A DNA stretch of 64,000 nucleotides, taken from IMG/VR virus record IMGVR_UViG_2718218133_000001. The stretch is one strand, 5' to 3'. The notes beneath the pieces were generated by a model. The model was not told the DNA's origin. It was given only the letters and a program-made list of their open reading frames with translations, and did no database searches. A program made the position numbers and the translations under genes. Shown here piece after piece: positions 21,700 through 28,865 of the stretch. This stretch comes from a virus (lineage: Duplodnaviria > Heunggongvirae > Uroviricota > Caudoviricetes). How positions within the stretch are numbered: position 1 is the first letter of the stretch; every line of letters starts with the position of its first letter.

Positions 21700-22551
21700 C
21701 TATTGCGCGCTTTCGGGGTTGTCGTTTACTGGCTGCCCCTTCTTAGTTTTACGGCTGCGCGTAACTGATGCGGCTGATTTGACCTTTTTCTCTTCGCGAG
21801 TGATGGCAATTTGTTTTTTTACATTTTCAATATCTGCCAGGCGATATATTTTTGCCTGCGGCCAGCGGTCGCAGATGATCGGTTCTATAGAGTCATAAAG
21901 GCTAAATTTTGCTTTCTCGAATTCACCGTTGATGATGATTCCATCACGGAGAGTTTCATCGCAGATAAACACACCACACAGCGGCACATGGTAACTAACT
22001 GATTTACCATCATTGTAGTTAGGGCTACTGGAAATGTAATGGACGCGCAGCATTGTTTCGCTAAAGCCGTGTACACGCATACGGAATTTTTCATCCTCCG
22101 GGTACTGCTTCATTAGCTCTTTTGTTGCTTCCAGGTTCTCTATGTATTTCGCACTGTGCTCATTGATCCCCGCGCTTTTCTGGATGCGAATGTCCTTATC
22201 AATCAGATGAATAATGCGGCCAGCGGTCATGTTGACGCTGTTCACAGCTTCTGTCTGATAAGTTGTAACCTTACGCACACCGCGAAGGATGTTAGGCACT
22301 GGATATAAAATAGTCTTTGGGATATTGAGGTCTGGGTACTGTTCCAGTTCTCGCGCCATTAAAGTCCATTTATCAATTTCAGCCTGAATGCTGTCCGTTT
22401 CTTTGAACGGCAGAACGACAACCGGGCGTACAGGACGACCGTCGCTGGCGGCATCAACGTGTTGGGCGCGTGCAACAGCTTTTTTTAGAAAGAGATCCCT
22501 GAAGCTGACGAACTCCTGGTACAGTTGTTCGCCGTAGACATAATTTATCAT
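21700..22551 (-). CDS. c1: C1 repressor of lysis
   Basis: 283 aa starting MINYVYGEQLYQEF, recognised as P1 C1. Confidence 0.9.
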   Translation of the reverse strand: MINYVYGEQLYQEFVSFRDLFLKKAVARAQHVDAASDGRPVRPVVVLPFKETDSIQAEIDKWTLMARELEQYPDLNIPKTILYPVPNILRGVRKVTTYQTEAVNSVNMTAGRIIHLIDKDIRIQKSAGINEHSAKYIENLEATKELMKQYPEDEKFRMRVHGFSETMLRVHYISSSPNYNDGKSVSYHVPLCGVFICDETLRDGIIINGEFEKAKFSLYDSIEPIICDRWPQAKIYRLADIENVKKQIAITREEKKVKSAASVTRSRKTKKGQPVNDNPESAQ

Positions 22552-22646
22552 TGATCCTCCTCCAGAATTGACATGGCCAACAACTCACAGCGGATTACAC
22601 TGGGAGTTGTTGGCCACCATTATAGAAGGATCCAACGAAAATAATA

Positions 22647-22663
22647 GATTTATTAGTGCATTT
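22647..22663 (-). promoter_or_regulatory. C1 operator-like site between coi and c1
   Basis: Reverse complement aatgcactaataaatct (about 14/17). Confidence 0.4.
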
Positions 22664-22871
22664 ATTGTGAGTCTGGCTGGTTAGTGGCCATGAGATATTC
22701 GATTGTGTCAGTGAGATCATCCAGGTCGTCTTGGGTGATGCGGTACTCCTGATTGGATATCTTTGAGTAGTGTTCAGCAATGGCGCGGGCAGCGTCGGTT
22801 TCGGCAGGGTCTACAGATAAAGCGTTAGAGCAATGTCTAACGTCGTCGATGGTTGGTGGAATGAAAGCCAT
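22662..22871 (-). CDS. coi: Coi, C1 inactivator
   Basis: 69-aa ORF directly upstream of c1 on the same strand. Confidence 0.75.
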   Translation of the reverse strand: MAFIPPTIDDVRHCSNALSVDPAETDAARAIAEHYSKISNQEYRITQDDLDDLTDTIEYLMATNQPDSQ

Positions 22872-23109
22872 AATTATGCCTCACTGTATTGACAACACAG
22901 AGCCTGAAGCTCTGACCTACTGTTTCACCCATGATCCATGCTGGGGTAATCTAACAACATTGCGCTGTGTGTAAGATGAGCAATGCATAGCTGTAATGCC
23001 GTTGTATAAGGTTTCCCTGTTTGCTCATTTCCTTCTGAGCCGCTCTACAACGCTGAAGACACATTAAATAGTGAATCCAAAGTCGTATTACGAAACGGCG
23101 GCAAAACTA

Positions 23110-23126
23110 TAATTTATTAGAGCAAT
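23110..23126 (-). promoter_or_regulatory. C1 operator (immC region)
   Basis: Reverse complement attgctctaataaatta. Confidence 0.55.
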
Positions 23127-23192
23127 TGTCAAACAACAATGAAAAACAATCCAGTTTTTGGCTGGTGGAGTGGGATTTTTCTCTCAAAACTT

Positions 23193-23209
23193 ATTGCTCT
23201 AATAATTCT
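23193..23209 (+). promoter_or_regulatory. C1 operator (immC region, next to loxP)
   Basis: attgctctaataattct. Confidence 0.55.
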
Positions 23210-23252
23210 TGATTTTTATGCGCAGCTGGACGTAAACTCCTCTTCGGACCTA

Positions 23253-23286
23253 ATAACTTCGTATAGCATACATTATACGAAGTTAT
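23253..23286. other. loxP site-specific recombination site
   Basis: Perfect ATAACTTCGTATA-GCATACAT-TATACGAAGTTAT. Confidence 0.97.
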
Positions 23287-23358
23287 CTTAAGGGTTATTG
23301 AACATGATCAATTTACCTGTAAATCCATACAGTTCAATACCTTATCAGGTCAAATAGT

Positions 23359-23378
23359 GATCACTTGATCATTTGATC
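23359..23378 (+). promoter_or_regulatory. GATC cluster in the cre leader (Dam-sensitive promoter region)
   Basis: Three GATC within 20 bp and another at 23306; P1 cre promoters are Dam-regulated, as remembered. Confidence 0.4.
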
Positions 23379-23475
23379 AAGGTTGCGCTACGTAAAATCT
23401 GTGAAATGTTGGCAGTGTTAGTGCTCCAGATTTCGCGTAGCGCACTTAGCACCACCAATCAATCAGAGGTGAAAA

Positions 23476-23697
23476 ATGGGATATTCAGCTGCTAAAGTGT
23501 CCACTCATATTGAGCTTGAGAAAAACCGTGGTTACTGGCGGGCAAAAGGGTTTGATCGTGATAGTTGTCAACTGTCATTATCGCGCGGTGAAGAGAAAAT
23601 AGAACGCACGCGCGGTCGCTGGCGTTTCTATGACGAGAACCATAAACAGGTAAAGGCAGAGCCGATCCTGTACACTTTACTTAAAACCATTATCTGA
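23476..23697 (+). CDS. possible small leader ORF between loxP and cre
   Basis: 73-aa ORF with GAGGTG RBS; may be a real small gene or a non-coding leader. Confidence 0.25.
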   Translation: MGYSAAKVSTHIELEKNRGYWRAKGFDRDSCQLSLSRGEEKIERTRGRWRFYDENHKQVKAEPILYTLLKTII

Positions 23698-23704
23698 GTG
23701 TTAA

Positions 23705-24736
23705 ATGTCCAATTTACTGACCGTACACCAAAATTTGCCTGCATTACCGGTCGATGCAACGAGTGATGAGGTTCGCAAGAACCTGATGGACATGTTCAGG
23801 GATCGCCAGGCGTTTTCTGAGCATACCTGGAAAATGCTTCTGTCCGTTTGCCGATCGTGGGCGGCATGGTGCAAGTTGAATAACCGGAAATGGTTTCCCG
23901 CAGAACCTGAAGATGTTCGCGATTATCTTCTATATCTTCAGGCGCGCGGTCTGGCAGTAAAAACTATCCAGCAACATTTGGGCCAGCTAAACATGCTTCA
24001 TCGTCGGTCCGGGCTGCCACGACCAAGTGACAGTAATGCTGTTTCACTGGTCATGCGACGGATCCGAAAAGAAAACGTTGATGCCGGTGAACGTGCAAAA
24101 CAGGCACTGGCGTTCGAACGCACTGATTTCGACCAGGTTCGTTCACTCATGGAAAATAGCGATCGCTGCCAGGATATACGTAATCTGGCATTTCTGGGGA
24201 TTGCTTATAACACCCTATTACGTATAGCCGAAATTGCCAGGATCAGGGTTAAAGATATCTCACGTACTGACGGTGGGAGAATGTTAATCCATATTGGCAG
24301 AACGAAAACGCTGGTTAGCACCGCAGGTGTAGAGAAGGCACTTAGCCTGGGGGTAACTAAACTGGTCGAGCGATGGATTTCTGTCTCTGGTGTGGCTGAT
24401 GATCCGAATAACTACTTGTTTTGCCGTGTCAGAAAAAATGGTGTTGCCGCGCCATCTGCCACCAGCCAGCTATCAACTCGCGCCCTGGAAGGGATTTTTG
24501 AAGCAACTCATCGATTGATTTACGGCGCTAAGGATGACTCTGGTCAGAGATACCTGGCCTGGTCTGGACACAGTGCCCGTGTCGGAGCCGCGCGAGATAT
24601 GGCCCGCGCCGGAGTTTCAATACCGGAGATCATGCAAGCTGGTGGCTGGACCAACGTAAATATTGTCATGAACTATATCCGTAACCTGGATAGTGAAACG
24701 GGGGCAATGGTGCGCCTGCTGGAAGATGGCGATTAG
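23705..24736 (+). CDS. cre: Cre tyrosine recombinase
   Basis: 343 aa, MSNLLTVHQNLPALPVDATSDEVRKNLMDMFRDRQAFSEHTWKMLLSVCRSWAAWC.. recognised as Cre. Confidence 0.97.
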   Translation: MSNLLTVHQNLPALPVDATSDEVRKNLMDMFRDRQAFSEHTWKMLLSVCRSWAAWCKLNNRKWFPAEPEDVRDYLLYLQARGLAVKTIQQHLGQLNMLHRRSGLPRPSDSNAVSLVMRRIRKENVDAGERAKQALAFERTDFDQVRSLMENSDRCQDIRNLAFLGIAYNTLLRIAEIARIRVKDISRTDGGRMLIHIGRTKTLVSTAGVEKALSLGVTKLVERWISVSGVADDPNNYLFCRVRKNGVAAPSATSQLSTRALEGIFEATHRLIYGAKDDSGQRYLAWSGHSARVGAARDMARAGVSIPEIMQAGGWTNVNIVMNYIRNLDSETGAMVRLLEDGD

Positions 24737-24753
24737 CCGTTCATTTGCGTTTG

Positions 24754-24770
24754 ATTGCTCTAATTATTTG
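24754..24770 (+). promoter_or_regulatory. C1 operator-like 17-mer
   Basis: attgctctaattatttg just after the cre stop. Confidence 0.5.
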
Positions 24771-24786
24771 ATATTTATGGTGACGC

Positions 24787-25098
24787 ATGCGGAAGGATTT
24801 CAAAATAGACGGAAAATATGTGGTGCTGTCTGTAAGCTCTCAAATTCAGTCACCATCTGTCATTGTCACCGTAAAGTTGAGCGATAGGATGCCTGATATC
24901 GACTCGATATCTGTTGCGTTCCCCGTTAAAAGCATGCGGAGTGCTGAACATTTTGTGATGAATGCAACGGAGGAGGAAGCGCGGCGCGGGCTTACTAGAG
25001 TGATGGTGGAATTTGGCGAACTCCTGGGTAAGGTAAACAATGCCCTTTCAATCAGTTCAGCAAGATCCAAAGCGTTAACAGCTTCCATGATGAAATAA
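24787..25098 (+). CDS. hypothetical protein (cra/hxr position)
   Basis: 103-aa ORF; no HTH recognised. Confidence 0.35.
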   Translation: MRKDFKIDGKYVVLSVSSQIQSPSVIVTVKLSDRMPDIDSISVAFPVKSMRSAEHFVMNATEEEARRGLTRVMVEFGELLGKVNNALSISSARSKALTASMMK

Positions 25099-25102
25099 AA
25101 AA

Positions 25103-25123
25103 AGCCTGGCAAGGAGCCAGGCT
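25103..25123 (-). terminator. hairpin with A/T runs, oriented as a minus-strand intrinsic terminator
   Basis: agcctggc-aagg-gccaggct flanked by a9 on the left; reads as hairpin plus U-run only on the minus strand. Confidence 0.35.
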
Positions 25124-25229
25124 GCACAAAAGAGCGGTTTTGTATTCCGCATCCAATCAATCAAGAAGGAGTATAGCACACAGGTACTGAAGTGAAAAAA
25201 TGTGATTCGCGATTAACAAAATATCTACC

Positions 25230-25258
25230 ATTGCTCTAATTGATTGCTATAATTAAGC
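25230..25258 (+). promoter_or_regulatory. tandem overlapping C1 operators upstream of ref
   Basis: attgctctaattgattg and attgctataattaagcc; ref is C1-repressed in P1, as remembered. Confidence 0.55.
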
Positions 25259-25313
25259 CGCAGTTTTTGTCAACTACGAAGACGTTGCCATTACTTAACT
25301 CCTTGACATCATT

Positions 25314-25339
25314 GGCGGCCATTAGGCCGCCTTTTTTTT
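25314..25339 (+). terminator. strong intrinsic terminator/attenuator immediately upstream of the ref ATG
   Basis: ggcggcc-atta-ggccgcc followed by T8, ending 5 nt before the ATG. Confidence 0.6.
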
Positions 25340-25344
25340 GCCAT

Positions 25345-25905
25345 ATGAAAACAATCGAACAAAAACTTGAACAGCGCCGCGAGTGGCAGAAGGCAGCCAG
25401 AGAACGAGCGATCGCTCGGCAACGGGAAAAGTTGGCTGACCCCGCCTGGCGAGAATCGCAATATCAGAAAATGCGGGATTCTATCGACCGCCGTATCGCT
25501 AAACAGAAAGAGCGCCCACCAGCCAGCAAAACGCGGAAAAGTGCGGTAAAGATAAAATCTCGTGGCTTGAAGGGGCGAACATCGACAGCGGAGGAACGGA
25601 GCATCGCCAATGCTCTTGGCGCTCTCCCCTGCATTGCCTGCTACATGCATGGAGTAATATCTGAAGAGGTATCTCTGCACCATATCTCCGGTCGTACCGC
25701 GCCGGGTTGTCACAAAAAGCAATTGCCCCTTTGTAGATGGCACCACCAGCATGCAGCACCGGCTGAAGTAAGAGAAAAATACCCCTGGCTGGTCCCTGTT
25801 CATGCCGATGGTGTGGTTGGAGGCAAGAAAGAATTCACCTTGCTGAACAAGTCAGAGATGGAGTTGCTGGCTGACGCCTATGAGATGGCAAACATCATGC
25901 ACTAA
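25345..25905 (+). CDS. ref: Ref recombination enhancement function (HNH endonuclease)
   Basis: 186 aa starting MKTIEQKLEQRREW; basic N-terminus; C-terminal Cys/His HNH-like motif (CIACYMHG..HHISG..CRWHH). Confidence 0.85.
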   Translation: MKTIEQKLEQRREWQKAARERAIARQREKLADPAWRESQYQKMRDSIDRRIAKQKERPPASKTRKSAVKIKSRGLKGRTSTAEERSIANALGALPCIACYMHGVISEEVSLHHISGRTAPGCHKKQLPLCRWHHQHAAPAEVREKYPWLVPVHADGVVGGKKEFTLLNKSEMELLADAYEMANIMH

Positions 25906-26056
25906 TAAATATATTATTTTTAATCTGAAATAATTGACAACTGACAAGTGACTTCAGTCAGAATCATCACATGCCCGGTACGGATGGATCCCTTTTCAAA
26001 TATTCCATGGACGGCACAGTCTGAGTACCGGGCGCTACCTTCAGTTGTATTGCTAA

Positions 26057-26082
26057 GCCGCCGCTGGTGGCTTTTCTTTTTT
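26057..26082 (+). terminator. possible intrinsic terminator after ref
   Basis: Short GC stem (agccgcc / ggtggct) followed by ttttctttttt. Confidence 0.4.
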
Positions 26083-26094
26083 GTAGGGGGCGCT

Positions 26095-26736
26095 ATGGAT
26101 AAGAAAATATGCGTTGTTTCGATGAGCGTCGGCAAACCGGCGTCAATGACTGCTGCATGGATCAACAATGAGCTAATAATGGCTGAGCGGACCAGCTACC
26201 CTGAACGCCGCCGCGATATGGAACTCCAGCTGCTGCGCGAATTGCGAGAAAAAGAGGAAAAGGGTTTTATCGTGCTGGTGGAAGAGGAAAACAGCTTTAT
26301 TACTGGTCGAGTTGGCCAGCGTGTAAGGTTGCGCGATCCCTTCATGAACGGCAGACCGGTACTGATTGAAGCAATGCAGATTTACAAGGAATTGGAACGC
26401 CAGAAAGCGATCAAGTTACCGCGCAAGGAATCCGGCAAATACATCCTTCACCAAAGCATCTTCGATTCCGAACACGATAAAAAAGGCGATGAATTTTTCA
26501 ACATCAACTGGAGCGAAATAACGACAGAACATGTTCTGACGTTACTATGTTGCTTTGCGACGGAATACAACAACGTTGCCAGCGCCGACTACATCAGGGC
26601 AATGGTTGGAGAAGTTGAGGCCCGCCAGGAACCATCGTTACTAAGCCCTCTGATTAACATAATTCGCGGAACCCAAACGCTGGCACAAAAACAGGTGCCT
26701 AAGGGAGTATTAACAGGAAAAGGAAATTATCTATAA
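26095..26736 (+). CDS. hypothetical protein (backbone-like GC; possibly the P1 mat equivalent)
   Basis: First ATG with AGGGGG RBS inside track ORF 25948..26736; composition like the P1 backbone, unlike the AT-rich gene downstream. Confidence 0.4.
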   Translation: MDKKICVVSMSVGKPASMTAAWINNELIMAERTSYPERRRDMELQLLRELREKEEKGFIVLVEEENSFITGRVGQRVRLRDPFMNGRPVLIEAMQIYKELERQKAIKLPRKESGKYILHQSIFDSEHDKKGDEFFNINWSEITTEHVLTLLCCFATEYNNVASADYIRAMVGEVEARQEPSLLSPLINIIRGTQTLAQKQVPKGVLTGKGNYL

Positions 26737-26792
26737 ACGTCAATGCATTAGGGTATACTTCTCCGTAGAACTATAAGTAAATGGAGTAAGTA

Positions 26793-28100
26793 ATGAGCGA
26801 ATATGTTGAGTTAGCATACGCTGCCGCTACAAGCAGGCTTTGTCTATTTACCGGGACTGGCTTTTCAAAGGCAGTCTCGAACGGTGAAGCTCCAACGTGG
26901 AAGGAACTATTAAAAAAAGTTTGCAGCAAAGTTCACAATGCCAAAAAGTTGGAAGACACGTTATTCCCTGATGATAAACCACCAGCACTGAGTCTTGAAG
27001 AAGCCGCACAAATACTATCTTTGAAGCTCAATATTGAGGGTAAGTCGATTTATGATGAAATTGTTGACATCATATCTCCAATTCAACTTGGAGAAGACAT
27101 ATCAAATATAAAAGATTTTTTCCAAAAAAACTCATTCCGTGTCATTACAACAAATTATGACAAGTTGGCTGAATGCTTGGTTGGAGATGAAAGTGTGCAG
27201 TCTATCACGCCCGGCCTGCCAATTCCAAAGTATCCATCCAAGGTGAAAATATATCATGTTCATGGTTCTATTGATTCGCCAAAAAATATGATTGTCACTT
27301 CAGATGATTACTTCAGATTTATAAATTCCGATACTTATTTTTCACGAAAACTTAGTACGATGCTGCATGAAAATACAGTTGCGATATTAGGGTATTCTTT
27401 AAGCGACACAAATCTTAAAGCAATTATAAATGACTATAAAAAATTTTCGAAAAATAATGCCCTGTGCTCTAATATCTTTTTGATATCTCGCAACAAAGTA
27501 AGTCAAGATATGAAGGATTATTACTTCTATTGCTTTGGTATAAGGGTAATTGACAATACAGAAATAGATTGTTTCTTTAGTCGATTAAGTTATAAGATTT
27601 CTCTCATTAAAGACATCATTGAAAGAGCGCGCGAAAATATCAGAAAAGTTGTTTCGGGGGCTTACACTTATAAAAATGAATATCTTAAATTAGAGGATTC
27701 ATTTTATCAAATTATATCATCAATTATATCGGAAGGTTTAGATTGGAATGATGATAAAGTCGTTTCTCTTTTCGAAAGGATAATAGAAAAAAAGAGAAAG
27801 TTAACAAGGAATAACGGAGCGTGGGAGCAATATGAACAGTTGGCAAAATGGCTTATATATTTTGGAAGCATCATAGAGGTTAGCAATACTAAGTATGAAA
27901 AAACATATTTAGACGCAGTTGAATACTCGATGGGTCATATGAGTAAAGAAAGGAATTGGGGAGTTTCTTGGCATGCTTACAGAGCTTGGGAAACACGATG
28001 GCCTGCAATAATTGCCTCAAATAGATTAATGATAAAAAACCACATTGAAACATTAGGCACCTTGAAGGACGCCAACCTTATAGTTAAGAATATAGTGTAA
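26793..28100 (+). CDS. stand-alone SIR2-like (SIR2_2/ThsA-type) putative NAD+-hydrolysing defence protein with uncharacterised C-terminal domain
   Basis: 435 aa; motifs in canonical order: LFTGTGFSKA, ITTNYDKL, YHVHGSIDSP, ILGYSLSDTNL; putative catalytic Asn and His present; GGAG RBS; clearly more AT-rich than the flanking genes. Confidence 0.8.
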   Translation: MSEYVELAYAAATSRLCLFTGTGFSKAVSNGEAPTWKELLKKVCSKVHNAKKLEDTLFPDDKPPALSLEEAAQILSLKLNIEGKSIYDEIVDIISPIQLGEDISNIKDFFQKNSFRVITTNYDKLAECLVGDESVQSITPGLPIPKYPSKVKIYHVHGSIDSPKNMIVTSDDYFRFINSDTYFSRKLSTMLHENTVAILGYSLSDTNLKAIINDYKKFSKNNALCSNIFLISRNKVSQDMKDYYFYCFGIRVIDNTEIDCFFSRLSYKISLIKDIIERARENIRKVVSGAYTYKNEYLKLEDSFYQIISSIISEGLDWNDDKVVSLFERIIEKKRKLTRNNGAWEQYEQLAKWLIYFGSIIEVSNTKYEKTYLDAVEYSMGHMSKERNWGVSWHAYRAWETRWPAIIASNRLMIKNHIETLGTLKDANLIVKNIV

Positions 28101-28116
28101 TTGTGGTCGATAAAAA

Positions 28117-28146
28117 TTTATCGGGCAGATAAAACTGCCCGATAAA
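28117..28146. terminator. bidirectional intrinsic terminator between convergent genes
   Basis: tttatcgggcag-ataaaa-ctgcccgataaa; 11-12 bp stem with A/T runs on both sides. Confidence 0.6.
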
Positions 28147-28395
28147 TTAATCAGCATTCAGGAGCAATGCGTTATCTATGATGATCTGCTCCCATTCTTC
28201 GAATGCCCGGTCACGGACGCCCTGGGGAACGCTGTTAGTTTTGAAATCGACGACCGTACGCCATTTCCCGTCCGGACGGTACATGCGCAGAGCTTTACTT
28301 CCCCCTTCCCTGCGCACCTCAACGTTATGCTTATCAGCAAACTCTTGTAATGCTCGTAGCGTCCCATGCTTTACTGTGTAGTATCGCTTTTTCAA
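28147..28395 (-). CDS. small protein, candidate Lxc/Bof by synteny and size
   Basis: 82-aa ORF (TTG start in track) downstream of the ulx-position gene and darB. Confidence 0.45.
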   Translation of the reverse strand: MKKRYYTVKHGTLRALQEFADKHNVEVRREGGSKALRMYRPDGKWRTVVDFKTNSVPQGVRDRAFEEWEQIIIDNALLLNAD

Positions 28396-28832
28396 GTTTT
28401 CTCTCCAGCCTGTGCTAAGGCTTCAACTTCCAAATCGTAAGACTCAAACTCATAGTCCTGGTCGTCAACCTCTTCAGGCACTGGCAGTAAATGCCAGGCT
28501 GAGTATATCTGACCATTATCAAAACGCTCCTGGCTGTAGAGCGTCGCAGCTATGAGCGTCAGCGCCGGGCGGTCATAACGGTAAATTTTGCGAACGTCAC
28601 GGTCAACGAGACGACCGAAATTACCATAACCGCGCTCCAGTAATAATTTTTTAATTTCCGGCCAGTATGGACCATAGCTGCGGTACAGGCGGGGATTTTT
28701 CAGTAATCGCCCGCGTAGCCCTGACAGGAAGAAATCAACGTATTCGTCTTCTGTCTTTCCTAACAACGCTGTACGGAGTACCGCCTCAAGATATGTTTTA
28801 TTCGGTTTTATTGTATCAGATAGTGTGGCCAT
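28392..28832 (-). CDS. hypothetical protein (ulx position, between darB and lxc)
   Basis: 146-aa ORF immediately downstream of darB on the same strand. Confidence 0.45.
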   Translation of the reverse strand: MATLSDTIKPNKTYLEAVLRTALLGKTEDEYVDFFLSGLRGRLLKNPRLYRSYGPYWPEIKKLLLERGYGNFGRLVDRDVRKIYRYDRPALTLIAATLYSQERFDNGQIYSAWHLLPVPEEVDDQDYEFESYDLEVEALAQAGEKT

Positions 28833-28865
28833 ATTATGCGACGCCCGGCGAACCGGGCGCTCCTG

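Noticed and set aside
25948-26094. N-terminal extension of the track ORF 25948..26736 (GTG start)
   Set aside because: The extension overlaps a terminator-like hairpin and lacks an RBS; the ATG at 26095 with an AGGGGG RBS is the more plausible start.
25906-28146. Search for type III R-M res/mod genes expected here from P1 synteny
   Set aside because: No ORF of the right size and no methyltransferase or helicase/endonuclease motifs are present; the interval holds only the 213-aa ORF and the SIR2-like gene.
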